A stretch of 46,620 nucleotides of DNA, from assembly GCA_027334565.1 (NCBI GenBank), contig DAHWUP010000006.1, forward strand, positions 1 through 46,620, written 5' to 3'. The notes beneath the pieces were generated by a model. That model saw only the letters and a list, made by a program, of their open reading frames with translations. It was not told the origin of the DNA and searched no databases. This document shows positions 21,394 through 29,923 of this stretch, in pieces. This DNA comes from Candidatus Levyibacteriota bacterium. GTDB lineage: Bacteria > Patescibacteriota > Microgenomatia > Levybacterales > UBA12049. Position numbers and translations under genes: made by a program. Within the stretch, counting starts at the first letter, position 1; each line of letters starts with the position of its first letter.

Positions 21394-21449
21394 TTAAACA
21401 AAAAAATCGTTTAAAAGCAAGTTGTAAAAAGTGATACAATACCCTCGTT

Positions 21450-23129
21450 ATGGATGAGACACAGGAAATACGGGAAAAACTGGATCTGGTAAATTTTATT
21501 TCGGAGTATCTTCCGCTTAAAAAGGCGGGTCGTAATTTTAAGTCGAACTGCCCGTTCCATAACGAAAACACACCGTCGTTCGTTGTATCTCCGGAAAGAC
21601 AGATTTGGCATTGTTTCGGTTGCGGGAAAGGCGGAGATATATTCACGTTTTTGATGGAGTATGAAAGCATGGAATTCCCCGAGGCCTTAAGGGTCCTCGC
21701 GAAAAAAGCCGGAGTTACCCTAAGGGAATCGAGTTTTAAGCAGGGGCAATATTCGGAAAAAGAAAAGATATATTCGATTAACAGTCTGGCTTTAAAATTT
21801 TTTCATTATCTTTTAACCGAACATAAAGCCGGCCTATTTGCGCTTAAATATCTGACCGAGCAAAGAAAGGTCACCAAAGCTTCAATTAATACTTTTGAGA
21901 TAGGCTTTTCGCCAAATACCGGCACAGCTCTTTCCGACTTTTTAATTAAAAAAAAAGATTATACGAAACAAGATCTTATATTGGCAGGTATAGCCACGGA
22001 AAGGGGCGGACATGTATATGACTTTTTCAAAAACAGGCTGATGTTTCCCCTTTTTGATCACCGTGGGAACGTAACAGGATTTTCAGGACGAAGCCTGACC
22101 GACGATGACACACCAAAATATATCAATACCAAAGAAACTCCGGTGTATCATAAAGGAAGTATGTTTTTCGGGCTAAACAGTGCCAAAGACGAGATTAAAC
22201 AAAAACAGGATGTGATTATCGTTGAAGGAGAATTCGACGCGATCTCGCTTTTTCAAGAAAACATCAAAAACGTGGTGGCGATCAAGGGTACGGCGCTGAC
22301 CGAAAGTCAGGTTTCACTTCTAGCGAGGTTTACTTCCAAAGTGACCTTATGCCTGGATCAAGACACGGCGGGTTTTGAGGCAACAAGGAGAAGTCTCGAG
22401 ATTTTGGAAAAAAAGGGATTGACGTCGGACATTATTGTTTTAAATGAGGCCAAAGATCCGGATGAGGCAATCAAGGCAAATCCACAACAGTTTAAAAAAT
22501 CGGTTAAGGAAAAACACGGAGTATATGATTTTATGATTCAAAGGTTCGTCTCCTCAAATGACATTGACAGCGCACAGGGTAAAAAAGCAATTACCGACAA
22601 TCTGCTACCGCTATTTGCTAATATCCAAAACGAAATAATCAAGGAACATTATTTAAAACAATTGAGCAAAGTTTTGGACGTGACCTTTGACAGTTTAGCC
22701 AAGGAACTTGAAAAGCACCAAAATAAAGTTCAGGAAGAGAAAATAGTGGTTCCCCTTAAAAATAAAAGGGGTGAACGGGAAGTGATCGAAGAATTTACTC
22801 TGGCGTTGATTTTGCAAAGCAAGAATCCCAAGGAGATCATCGACGGATACAAAATTTTCTTTAAAAGTTATGTTTTTGAAACCGGTTCTTTGGGAAAATT
22901 ATTCAGAATGCTCATCGAATTTATTGAAACACAAACAAAATTTGACAGCAAGTTGTTTTCCAAGATCTTGCCAATCGAATTGATGCCTGCCTTTGACACT
23001 TGCAGTCTATATCCTTTATCCAAGTACGGTTTGGACGAGACAAACGAAGTGAAATATCGCCAGGAAATTACTAAAAAAATCGCCAGGCTTTCAGAGTATC
23101 ACCAAAAAGACCAGGCTAAAAAACAATAA
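21450..23129 (+). CDS. dnaG: DNA primase
   Basis: CPFHNENTPSF...HCFGC zinc finger, KYINT, VEGEFD, LCLDQDTAG TOPRIM, KDPDE. Confidence 0.98.
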   Translation: MDETQEIREKLDLVNFISEYLPLKKAGRNFKSNCPFHNENTPSFVVSPERQIWHCFGCGKGGDIFTFLMEYESMEFPEALRVLAKKAGVTLRESSFKQGQYSEKEKIYSINSLALKFFHYLLTEHKAGLFALKYLTEQRKVTKASINTFEIGFSPNTGTALSDFLIKKKDYTKQDLILAGIATERGGHVYDFFKNRLMFPLFDHRGNVTGFSGRSLTDDDTPKYINTKETPVYHKGSMFFGLNSAKDEIKQKQDVIIVEGEFDAISLFQENIKNVVAIKGTALTESQVSLLARFTSKVTLCLDQDTAGFEATRRSLEILEKKGLTSDIIVLNEAKDPDEAIKANPQQFKKSVKEKHGVYDFMIQRFVSSNDIDSAQGKKAITDNLLPLFANIQNEIIKEHYLKQLSKVLDVTFDSLAKELEKHQNKVQEEKIVVPLKNKRGEREVIEEFTLALILQSKNPKEIIDGYKIFFKSYVFETGSLGKLFRMLIEFIETQTKFDSKLFSKILPIELMPAFDTCSLYPLSKYGLDETNEVKYRQEITKKIARLSEYHQKDQAKKQ

Positions 23130-23178
23130 ACAAGAGCGTAAGGTTTTATTTGATGGTAAATTCTGCTAAAATTGTAGT

Positions 23179-24255
23179 GTGAAACAGCCCAACATTTTAA
23201 TCGAAATTGTTTCCGGTGCCAAAAAAAGAGGATACATCACCCAAGAGGAAATCCTTTCGATTTTTCCCCATCCCGAGGAACATATCAAAGAACTGGACCA
23301 GCTTTATGACAAGTTGATGCGTTCGGAAATCGATGTGTTCGAGTCGGTAGCGGCGGAGTCTGATGAAGAAAAACCGATTGAGGATTTGGAAAAAGAACTC
23401 GAAGCGCTGACGGTGTTAACCGAAGGGACGGTTTCCGATCCGGTGAGGATGTATTTGAAAGAAATCGGAAGGATCCCGCTTTTGACTTTTGACCAGGAAA
23501 TAAATCTTGCCAAAAAGGTCGAAAAAGGGGATAAGGCCTCAAAGCAAAAACTTATAAATTCTAATTTAAGACTGGTGGTCTCTATTGCCAAAAAATACGT
23601 CGGCAGGGGATTAACGCTTTTAGACCTGATCCAGGAAGGAAACCAGGGATTGATCAGGGCGGTTGAGAAGTATGACTGGAGAAGGGGCTATAAATTTTCA
23701 ACTTATGCCACATGGTGGATCAGGCAGTCCATCACCCGTGCCATCGCCGACCAAGCCAGAACCATCAGAATCCCGGTGCACATGGTCGAGAACATTAACC
23801 GTTTTTTGCGCGCTTCGAGAAAACTGATGCAGGAATTAGGCAGAGAACCCACCCCCGAAGAGGTTGCCAAAGCCTTAGGGATTGAGCCGGATAAAGCCTT
23901 GGAAATCATTAAGATCTCCCAGGAACCGGCCAGCCTTGAATCTCCCGTAGGGGATGAAGAAGATTCGCGTCTGGGTGATTTTATCCACGATACTTCCGCA
24001 CCGACTTTATTTGATACAGCGTCCAGGGAACTTTTAAAAGAGCAAATCGATCAAGTTTTATCAACCCTCTCCGATAGGGAAAAAAGGGTCTTGGAAGAAC
24101 GATTCGGACTTAAGGACGGAAGACCAAAGACCTTGGAAGAGGTTGGGAAAATGTTTGCCGTCACCAGGGAGCGCATCAGGCAAATCGAAGCAAAGGCTTT
24201 AAGAAAACTTCGCCATCCTTCTCGGGGCAATAAGCTTAAAGATTATTTGGGTTAA
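23179..24255 (+). CDS. rpoD: RNA polymerase primary sigma factor
   Basis: [41 protein letters not shown]...[16 protein letters not shown]. Confidence 0.98.
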   Translation: MKQPNILIEIVSGAKKRGYITQEEILSIFPHPEEHIKELDQLYDKLMRSEIDVFESVAAESDEEKPIEDLEKELEALTVLTEGTVSDPVRMYLKEIGRIPLLTFDQEINLAKKVEKGDKASKQKLINSNLRLVVSIAKKYVGRGLTLLDLIQEGNQGLIRAVEKYDWRRGYKFSTYATWWIRQSITRAIADQARTIRIPVHMVENINRFLRASRKLMQELGREPTPEEVAKALGIEPDKALEIIKISQEPASLESPVGDEEDSRLGDFIHDTSAPTLFDTASRELLKEQIDQVLSTLSDREKRVLEERFGLKDGRPKTLEEVGKMFAVTRERIRQIEAKALRKLRHPSRGNKLKDYLG

Positions 24256-24441
24256 GTTTTGGGACGTCAATTTCATACTCCGGTTTTACAAAATTATTAG
24301 AATACAAACAAAAAATTAATTTCACGAAGATAAAACTTAAAACGATTCAAGAACACAAAAGCAATACAAAACCCACGATATAACTTTAATCGGAGAGGTG
24401 TTTACTATTCCCTAATATGAGTAGTACTTGTGAGGATATTG

Positions 24442-24813
24442 TCAATTGAAGGGTACTCCGCGTAGGTCGTTATCTCGGGCGTAAGCATCCGCAGCTTCCG
24501 CTTGAGCTTTATCCTTTTTAAATTCAAAGATAGCTGTTAGGCGTTTGTCTCTATCTCTAACATATTTTTCCCAATCCTCTGCAGATAAGGAAAATGGGGC
24601 AGGTTCAGGGGGCGGAGGCGGAGGCGGATGCAGCAAATCGACAATGGGATAAAGTGGTCGGGCCGGAATAGTCGATGATTGTTCTGTTGGAGCGTGTCCG
24701 GACACAACGCTTAAATGCTTTTTTCTAGCATCCGCAGTTTCGGAATGATTGCCAATAAGTTCTTTAGCAGCAACCGCCATAAAATAAAATCGATACATAT
24801 ATTTTGATACCAT
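24442..24813 (-). CDS. Hypothetical Pro-rich protein (start may be ATG at 24780)
   Basis: 123-aa ORF with a poly-Pro tract; no recognisable family. Confidence 0.55.
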   Translation of the reverse strand: MVSKYMYRFYFMAVAAKELIGNHSETADARKKHLSVVSGHAPTEQSSTIPARPLYPIVDLLHPPPPPPPEPAPFSLSAEDWEKYVRDRDKRLTAIFEFKKDKAQAEAADAYARDNDLRGVPFN

Positions 24814-24904
24814 CTGTTCTTACTTGTCAAGTATTTGGATCATCGTTTTTACTAAGAAGGTGATGCTGGAATTATGATTTTTGGCATGATAAAATCTTTA
24901 GTAT

Positions 24905-24976
24905 TCCGCGATAGCTCAATGGTAGAGCGGCTCCCTGTTAAGGAGAAGGTTCTAGGTCCGAGTCCTAGTCGCGGAG
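24905..24976 (+). tRNA. tRNA-Asn(GTT), CCA not encoded
   Basis: Acceptor TCCGCGA/TCGCGGA, D-arm GCTC/GAGC, anticodon loop CTGTTAA, T-arm CTAGG-TCCGAGT-CCTAG, discriminator G. Confidence 0.93.
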
Positions 24977-25006
24977 CACTTCACTAAAGTCTGCTATCAT
25001 AAGCAT

Positions 25007-25471
25007 ATGAAGGCTCTCCCTTATGCTTTTTTAATTGGTGCTATTTTCTCCTTTTTTATATTTTTAACTAACGTTGTCTTTCCAAATAACGGACCCGATA
25101 ACGGAACAGCTGTCGGATTCACTTATTTAGTTTTATTTTCTCTTTTCGGTCTTGGTGGTTACATTAACAGCCGACAATCAAAGGATAAAATAAAAAGCGG
25201 AGCAGTGGGAGGAGCAATTACTGCCTTTATAGTTGTTGGACTGATTATGCTTACTTTTGCTTTTGTGGATAACGTTTTTTTAAGTACTGTTAGTAAGCAA
25301 GCTGATAAAATAGCAGGCTTTACTAATGCAAAGAACCAGTTTCATTCAATGCGAGATTATATAAATCACGGACTTTTGATGGGTTCAATTATCGTACTGC
25401 CGGTAGTAACAATTATTGGCGGTTTATTAGGAAGTATTGGGGCTTTTAGTAGAAGCGAGTTAAAGAAATAA
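25007..25471 (+). CDS. Four-TM hypothetical membrane protein (cassette 1 cargo)
   Basis: 154-aa hydrophobic ORF; TGc-TATCAT 6 nt upstream of ATG. Confidence 0.75.
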   Translation: MKALPYAFLIGAIFSFFIFLTNVVFPNNGPDNGTAVGFTYLVLFSLFGLGGYINSRQSKDKIKSGAVGGAITAFIVVGLIMLTFAFVDNVFLSTVSKQADKIAGFTNAKNQFHSMRDYINHGLLMGSIIVLPVVTIIGGLLGSIGAFSRSELKK

Positions 25472-25587
25472 GTTCTGACGTCGTCCATTAGGCGGAGCAA
25501 CTTATATTTATAACCTCAGAGATTGATGGACAGCATCATATTATACCTTGCTACAAATTTATCTAATAAGCTTCTATAATTAAAGAA

Positions 25588-25983
25588 GTGAAAACTCCAT
25601 CTGAAGAAACAGATGACATAATCAAGAATATACCTGATTGGCGAGGTAAAAAGTTGGCACAGCTTCGCTTTATCATTACAAAGGCTGATTCAGAGCTGGT
25701 GGAAGAAGTGAAGTGGAAAAAACCTTCCAAACCCGAAGGAGTTCCTGTTTGGTCACATGAGGGCACACTTTGTATAGGTGAGGCACTCAAAAACGCTGTT
25801 CGTTTGACATTCCCCAAGGGAGCGAAGGTTAAAGATCCAAAGAAGCTTTTCAATACACGGCTGGATAGCAGCAGTGTTCGCGCAATTGACTTCTTTGAAG
25901 ATGGAATAATTGATGAAGCTGCATTGACAAAACTTATCCAAGAAGCTGTGAAGGTAAATATGCAAAAAACAAAATTAACATGA
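25588..25983 (+). CDS. DUF1801 (YdhG-like) protein (cassette 2 cargo)
   Basis: DWRGKKLAQLR...EEVKW...GVPVWSHEG...VRLTFPKGA...DPKKLFN...RAIDF. Confidence 0.85.
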   Translation: MKTPSEETDDIIKNIPDWRGKKLAQLRFIITKADSELVEEVKWKKPSKPEGVPVWSHEGTLCIGEALKNAVRLTFPKGAKVKDPKKLFNTRLDSSSVRAIDFFEDGIIDEAALTKLIQEAVKVNMQKTKLT

Positions 25984-26351
25984 AAAGACCAATCTTCCTA
26001 ACAATATGGCTTATGTTACTGTTTCTCTTTGCTGTGGCTCTCACAGCTGATTCTCTTACCTATCTTCCTATGATACGTCTTACGAAAAATTACATTAGTC
26101 TTTTGGGAATTGCTGCTGGATTTGTACAAATATGGGCGGTAGTTCAATTACTTAGATGGAAAAAGGTAGGAGTAACACTTTTAGTATCCTCAGCAATTGT
26201 CATACTGTTGGTAACAGCTATTAATGAATTTTACCTAGTGTTAAAGATAAACCAAATACTTATCAGCATGGCAATGGTTTTGTTGGTTAACTTCATTATG
26301 TTTGGGATTTTATATTTGGCAATACGCCCAGTCTGGAAAAACTTCAAGTAA
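25980..26351 (+). CDS. Four-TM hypothetical membrane protein (cassette 2 cargo)
   Basis: 123 aa; ATGA overlap with the upstream gene; hydrophobic helices. Confidence 0.75.
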   Translation: MKRPIFLTIWLMLLFLFAVALTADSLTYLPMIRLTKNYISLLGIAAGFVQIWAVVQLLRWKKVGVTLLVSSAIVILLVTAINEFYLVLKINQILISMAMVLLVNFIMFGILYLAIRPVWKNFK

Positions 26352-26364
26352 ATAGTAAAAATTC

Positions 26365-26508
26365 CTAAATTGCTAGCGTTTTGGACCGTTGTAGCCTTTG
26401 AATTTCCTCCCACCTATGTTTCATCTCCCCAACATATCCAACATTAAACATTGGTTGTACTGCCGGTGCGTAATCTACTGGTATGAAGAAATGTGGCTCG
26501 GGGAGCAA
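26365..26508 (-). pseudogene. Antisense 47-aa peptide starting in the att-like repeat; putative recombinase C-terminal tail
   Basis: LLPEPHFFIPVDYAPAVQPMFNVGYVGEMKHRWEEIQRLQRSKTLAI*; homologous to 27320-27454. Confidence 0.55.
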
Positions 26509-26568
26509 ATTATTCTTAATATAATCTCTATTTGTTGATTTATTCCCAAATTGTGAGATGATTTAACT

Positions 26569-27330
26569 GTGGAAGAACAAATTAAGCAAAAATATCCAAC
26601 AGTTCATAAATATTTATTCACCGTAACTACTTTTTCAAAACTTCTAGCCATGTTTTTATTTATTTTTTTTCCATTTGTAGGATTTTATTTGGGAATGATA
26701 TATGAACAAGGAATCACAATAAATACATCAATTGTCTCGCTACCACAAAAAAATATAAAAATATTACTAAGTCCAACTCCAATAGCATCTATCTCGGGAA
26801 CAATTTCATCAAACTCAACCCTAAATTGGAAAACCTATACGAGCTCAAAATATAATTTATCATTCAAATATCCTTCAAATTGGAAATCTTACACAGAAGG
26901 TAAAATAACTTTGGTGCCTTTAAATAAAGTGCAGTATTTAGACTATGTCTCAGCTCCTATACAAATTGAATTTCAACAAAATCCCAATAAATTAACTTTA
27001 GATAAGTGGCAACAAGAAGAAAATGCAAAACTTATGGGAATCCCATACAATTATTACAATTCTAAATCAACACAAAAAACCACAATTAACGGATACACCG
27101 CTTATATTAATAAGAAGTCGGAAGATTGCGAACCAGTATTTTGTTACGAAGAAATAATTATGGATAATGAAAACATATTTATTTTTAAAAATTTGGATTT
27201 ATCCGGAACATTTCCAATTGGGACTGCTAGCACAGGCGCAACTTGGAAACAGATTTATTCAGAGGGAGATATTCAAACAAATCAACAAATTTTTGAAACT
27301 TTACTTTCAACCCTAAAATTCACGCGATAA
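26569..27330 (+). CDS. Membrane-anchored PsbP-like/secreted protein (cassette 3 cargo)
   Basis: TVTTFSKLLAMFLFIFFPFVGFYLG anchor; WKTYTSSKYNLSFKYPSNW and FETLLSTLKF motifs of PsbP-related CPR proteins. Confidence 0.75.
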   Translation: MEEQIKQKYPTVHKYLFTVTTFSKLLAMFLFIFFPFVGFYLGMIYEQGITINTSIVSLPQKNIKILLSPTPIASISGTISSNSTLNWKTYTSSKYNLSFKYPSNWKSYTEGKITLVPLNKVQYLDYVSAPIQIEFQQNPNKLTLDKWQQEENAKLMGIPYNYYNSKSTQKTTINGYTAYINKKSEDCEPVFCYEEIIMDNENIFIFKNLDLSGTFPIGTASTGATWKQIYSEGDIQTNQQIFETLLSTLKFTR

Positions 27331-27454
27331 GAGCATGATTTAACTGTAACTTCCTTATCTCTTCCCACCTTTCTCGTAATTCGCCAATATAGCTTAGATT
27401 TTGAAGTGAATTTATTACTTTTGCAGTTATAATAATCTAAGGACTGGGGAGCAA
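27320..27454 (-). pseudogene. Second antisense tail peptide, with one internal stop
   Basis: LLPSP*IIITAKVINSLQNLSYIGELRERWEEIRKLQLNHALIA*. Confidence 0.55.
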
Positions 27455-27485
27455 GCTTTTCTTCAAAAGCGTATACTTCTTTTAG

Positions 27486-27956
27486 GTTGTAAATCAACTT
27501 TTCAAAAGCATTCTGCATAACCTGGGCGTTGTGATAGTTGGGTTTATTTTTGCGTATATTGGTCTGGTGACAGATACATTACTAAAGATCCACGATTTTA
27601 GATTTGTTTATACATCCTTGATAGGCTTAATACTTTTAGTCATTGGGTTTTTAGTAAGGGTTTGGGCAACATACTATTTTTATAATAATTAAATGAAAGT
27701 TATTAAGCTTACGCCTCAAAATACCCTTATTACCGAAGGGCCTTTCCGTTATTCCAGAAATCCACTTTATCTCGGCGGGAATTTATTCATCTTTCTTGGA
27801 GCAGTTCTTGTTGTCGGTTCTCCGAGCTGTATCGTATTCACGTTTATTGAATTGGTATTAACAAATGTTATGATTAGCAGGGAAGAAAAACAACTAGAAC
27901 GAACCTTCGGGAGAGGATGGCTAGATTATAAAAAGCGAGTCCGCCGTTGGATATAA
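27486..27956 (+). pseudogene. Isoprenylcysteine carboxyl methyltransferase (ICMT/PEMT) family pseudogene
   Basis: In-frame upstream TM sequence VVNQLFKSILHNLGVVIVGF...LVRVWATYYFYNN, then TAA (27690-27692), then MKVI...LITEGPFRYSRNPLYLG...REEKQLERTFG...YKKRVRRWI. No start codon at the expected 5' end. Confidence 0.8.
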
Positions 27957-28084
27957 AAATAGGCATTAACGTAGTTCATCTCCCGGAACAACCCATGCTT
28001 AGATCTCTTCGGGCGGAAAAACAGTGTCTATAACCCCAAGATGAATGTTATAATGAACCTTATACGGACAACCTAAAGAAACAG

Positions 28085-28480
28085 ATGAACGCGAGTCAAG
28101 AAATAGATTCCATAATTAAAAAATCCAACGATTGGAGAGGCAAAAAATTGGCTCAACTGCGTATTGTAATCAAACAAGCAGACCAAGGGATAGTTGAAGA
28201 AGTGAAGTGGAAAAAACCGTCAAAACCTGAAGGGGTACCAGTTTGGTCGAGCAATGGCATACTCTGTGTTGCAGACATACTTAAAAACGCCGTGAGGTTG
28301 ACCTTTCCTAAGGGCGCACTTATGAAAGATCCAAAAAAACTTTTCAATACGAGGTTAGACAGTAAGACCGTTCGCGCCATCGATTTTTATGTAGATAATG
28401 TGCTAAATGAAGCTGCGCTTACAGAGCTCATTCACGAAGCAGTAATGATAAACGCTTTAAAATCAAGAAGCGATGAATGA
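28085..28480 (+). CDS. DUF1801 protein, close homologue of 25588..25983
   Basis: Shares VEEVKWKKPSKPEGVPVWS, LKNAVRLTFPKGA and KDPKKLFNTRLDS exactly. Confidence 0.85.
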   Translation: MNASQEIDSIIKKSNDWRGKKLAQLRIVIKQADQGIVEEVKWKKPSKPEGVPVWSSNGILCVADILKNAVRLTFPKGALMKDPKKLFNTRLDSKTVRAIDFYVDNVLNEAALTELIHEAVMINALKSRSDE

Positions 28481-28582
28481 GTTTCTGGCATTGATCATTT
28501 TTCGGTAATGTAAGGCGGCAGGAGAGACAACAAGAAATTATTTGAAAAAACACATTACGACACGAGATGTAGACAGGCTTAT

Positions 28583-29140
28583 ATGAAAACCACCGATCCT
28601 CAGAATGAAGTTTTTCCCATAGTTAATGAAAAAGATAAAGTCATAGGTAAAATAACCAGAAAAAAGGCACATCAAAACCACAATATTATTCATCGCGCCG
28701 TCCATGTTTTAATTTTTGATAATAAAGGAAGGCTGCTTATCCAAAAGAGGAGCCTAACAAAAGATACGGCGCCCGGTAGTTGGTGCGCGTCTTCCTCGGG
28801 TCATGTGGGATACCACGAAGATTATCTCCTTGGCGCAATTAGAGAAACAAAAGAGGAACTGGGAATAATTGTTAGGCCTGCCGAGCTTGAGTTGCTCGGG
28901 AAAATATTGGTGGTTGCCCCATGGGAGAAAGAGATGACTCAGGTATATAAGGTTATTCTCAGTAAAAAAGTTTCCATTAGTCCAAACCCGGAAGAAATCA
29001 CCAAGATACGATTTGTAGATTTAAAGACATTGCATATAATGCTAGAGCAGGAACTCTGGGCACCTTCTGATACACAAGTCTTGAATCGGTTCGTTTTGAA
29101 TCTAAATAATCTTGGCACGGATAGGAGATATAGCAGGTAA
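28583..29140 (+). CDS. NUDIX hydrolase (IDI/YfcD-like)
   Basis: IHRAVHVLIF, QKRS..KDTAPGSW, SGHV...AIRETKEELGI Nudix box. Confidence 0.9.
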   Translation: MKTTDPQNEVFPIVNEKDKVIGKITRKKAHQNHNIIHRAVHVLIFDNKGRLLIQKRSLTKDTAPGSWCASSSGHVGYHEDYLLGAIRETKEELGIIVRPAELELLGKILVVAPWEKEMTQVYKVILSKKVSISPNPEEITKIRFVDLKTLHIMLEQELWAPSDTQVLNRFVLNLNNLGTDRRYSR

Positions 29141-29197
29141 CATCGTTTATCTTCCAAATCCTGCCAGCTTTAAATACGCTTTTGATATAATTTTGGT

Positions 29198-29581
29198 ATG
29201 AAAAAATATTCCTCGGTTGAAGAGTATATTAGAAGTTATCCGCCTGATGTCAGAAAGAAACTACAGGCACTCAGAATAGCGATAAAAGAGGTGGTTCCGC
29301 CGCAAGCCATAGAAAAAATAAGTTACCAGATTCCGACGTTTTATTTAAACCAAAACCTCGTACATTTTGCGGCGTTTAAAGATCATATCAGTTTTTTTCC
29401 GACCAGCTCAGGCGTTGCCAAATTTAAGGAACAGCTATCAAGATACAAGCTATCCAGGGGGACGATACAAATTTCCTTGAATGAGGAATTGCCGATATCG
29501 TTAATTAAAAAAATTGTGAGATTCAGGGTTGAAGAAGTGTTGAAAAGGAAAGAGCAAAAAGGTTTGCTAAAAGGGTCATAG
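29198..29581 (+). CDS. DUF1801 / YdhG-type iron-chaperone-like protein
   Basis: SVEEYI...EKISYQIPTF...LVHFAAFKDHISFFP...SRGTIQ...LPISLIKKIV. Confidence 0.88.
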   Translation: MKKYSSVEEYIRSYPPDVRKKLQALRIAIKEVVPPQAIEKISYQIPTFYLNQNLVHFAAFKDHISFFPTSSGVAKFKEQLSRYKLSRGTIQISLNEELPISLIKKIVRFRVEEVLKRKEQKGLLKGS

Positions 29582-29648
29582 ATACTCTTTGAGCGGAACT
29601 TGTCCAATTTGTCGGCCCGGATTCTCAAACAACAAAAGTATAGGTTGC

Positions 29649-29897
29649 CTAGTTGTCTCCCGCTTCGCCTCCAACATTGACTCTGTACCCGGGATGTAAA
29701 ATCGGTACGGGGGTTGAGGTGGGCAACAAAGTTGGTGTGCCTGTCGGCAATGTTTGTTTAGTTGCCTGGTTAGCCGCGTTCACGCCACTGTTATTGATTT
29801 TATTCTTAGGTTGTAAATTCGTAATCGTCTGAAGGGAGCTCAATAGTACAATCAAAGCCAAAAAGATAAATAGGGCAATAATAAATTTATTATTCAT
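29649..29897 (-). CDS. Small secreted/membrane-anchored Pro-Thr-rich protein
   Basis: Signal/TM then PTGTPTLLPTSTP; TGc-TATACT 7 nt upstream of ATG. Confidence 0.65.
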   Translation of the reverse strand: MNNKFIIALFIFLALIVLLSSLQTITNLQPKNKINNSGVNAANQATKQTLPTGTPTLLPTSTPVPILHPGYRVNVGGEAGDN

Positions 29898-29923
29898 TCA
29901 TATAAGTATAGCATAGCTTAAAA

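Larger units (their letters stand above)
24969..27454. mobile_element. Tandem array of tRNA-Asn-anchored integrative cassettes delimited by att-like copies of the tRNA 3' end
   Basis: TCGCGGAGCA 24969-24978 (tRNA); GTCC-N5-GCGGAGCA 25483-25499; TCGGGGAGCA 26498-26507; CTGGGGAGCA 27444-27453. All same orientation, each intergenic; no integrase in the window. Confidence 0.65.

Noticed and set aside
25500-25550. Antisense TATAAT-ATGATG reading in frame toward the att core
   Set aside because: Interrupted by TGA after 7 codons and not reproduced at the other cassette ends.
24969-27454. CRISPR or classical integron interpretation of the repeats
   Set aside because: Repeats are 8-10 bp and gene-spaced; no cas or intI gene, and I saw no attC-type palindromes.
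28466-28530. Antisense YRKMINARNSF, a possible fourth recombinase tail
   Set aside because: No GGAGCA core adjacent; similarity too weak.
29582-29628. Antisense ADKLDKFRS, a possible distal tail/att of the array
   Set aside because: Only a DxxR match and no tRNA-like core.
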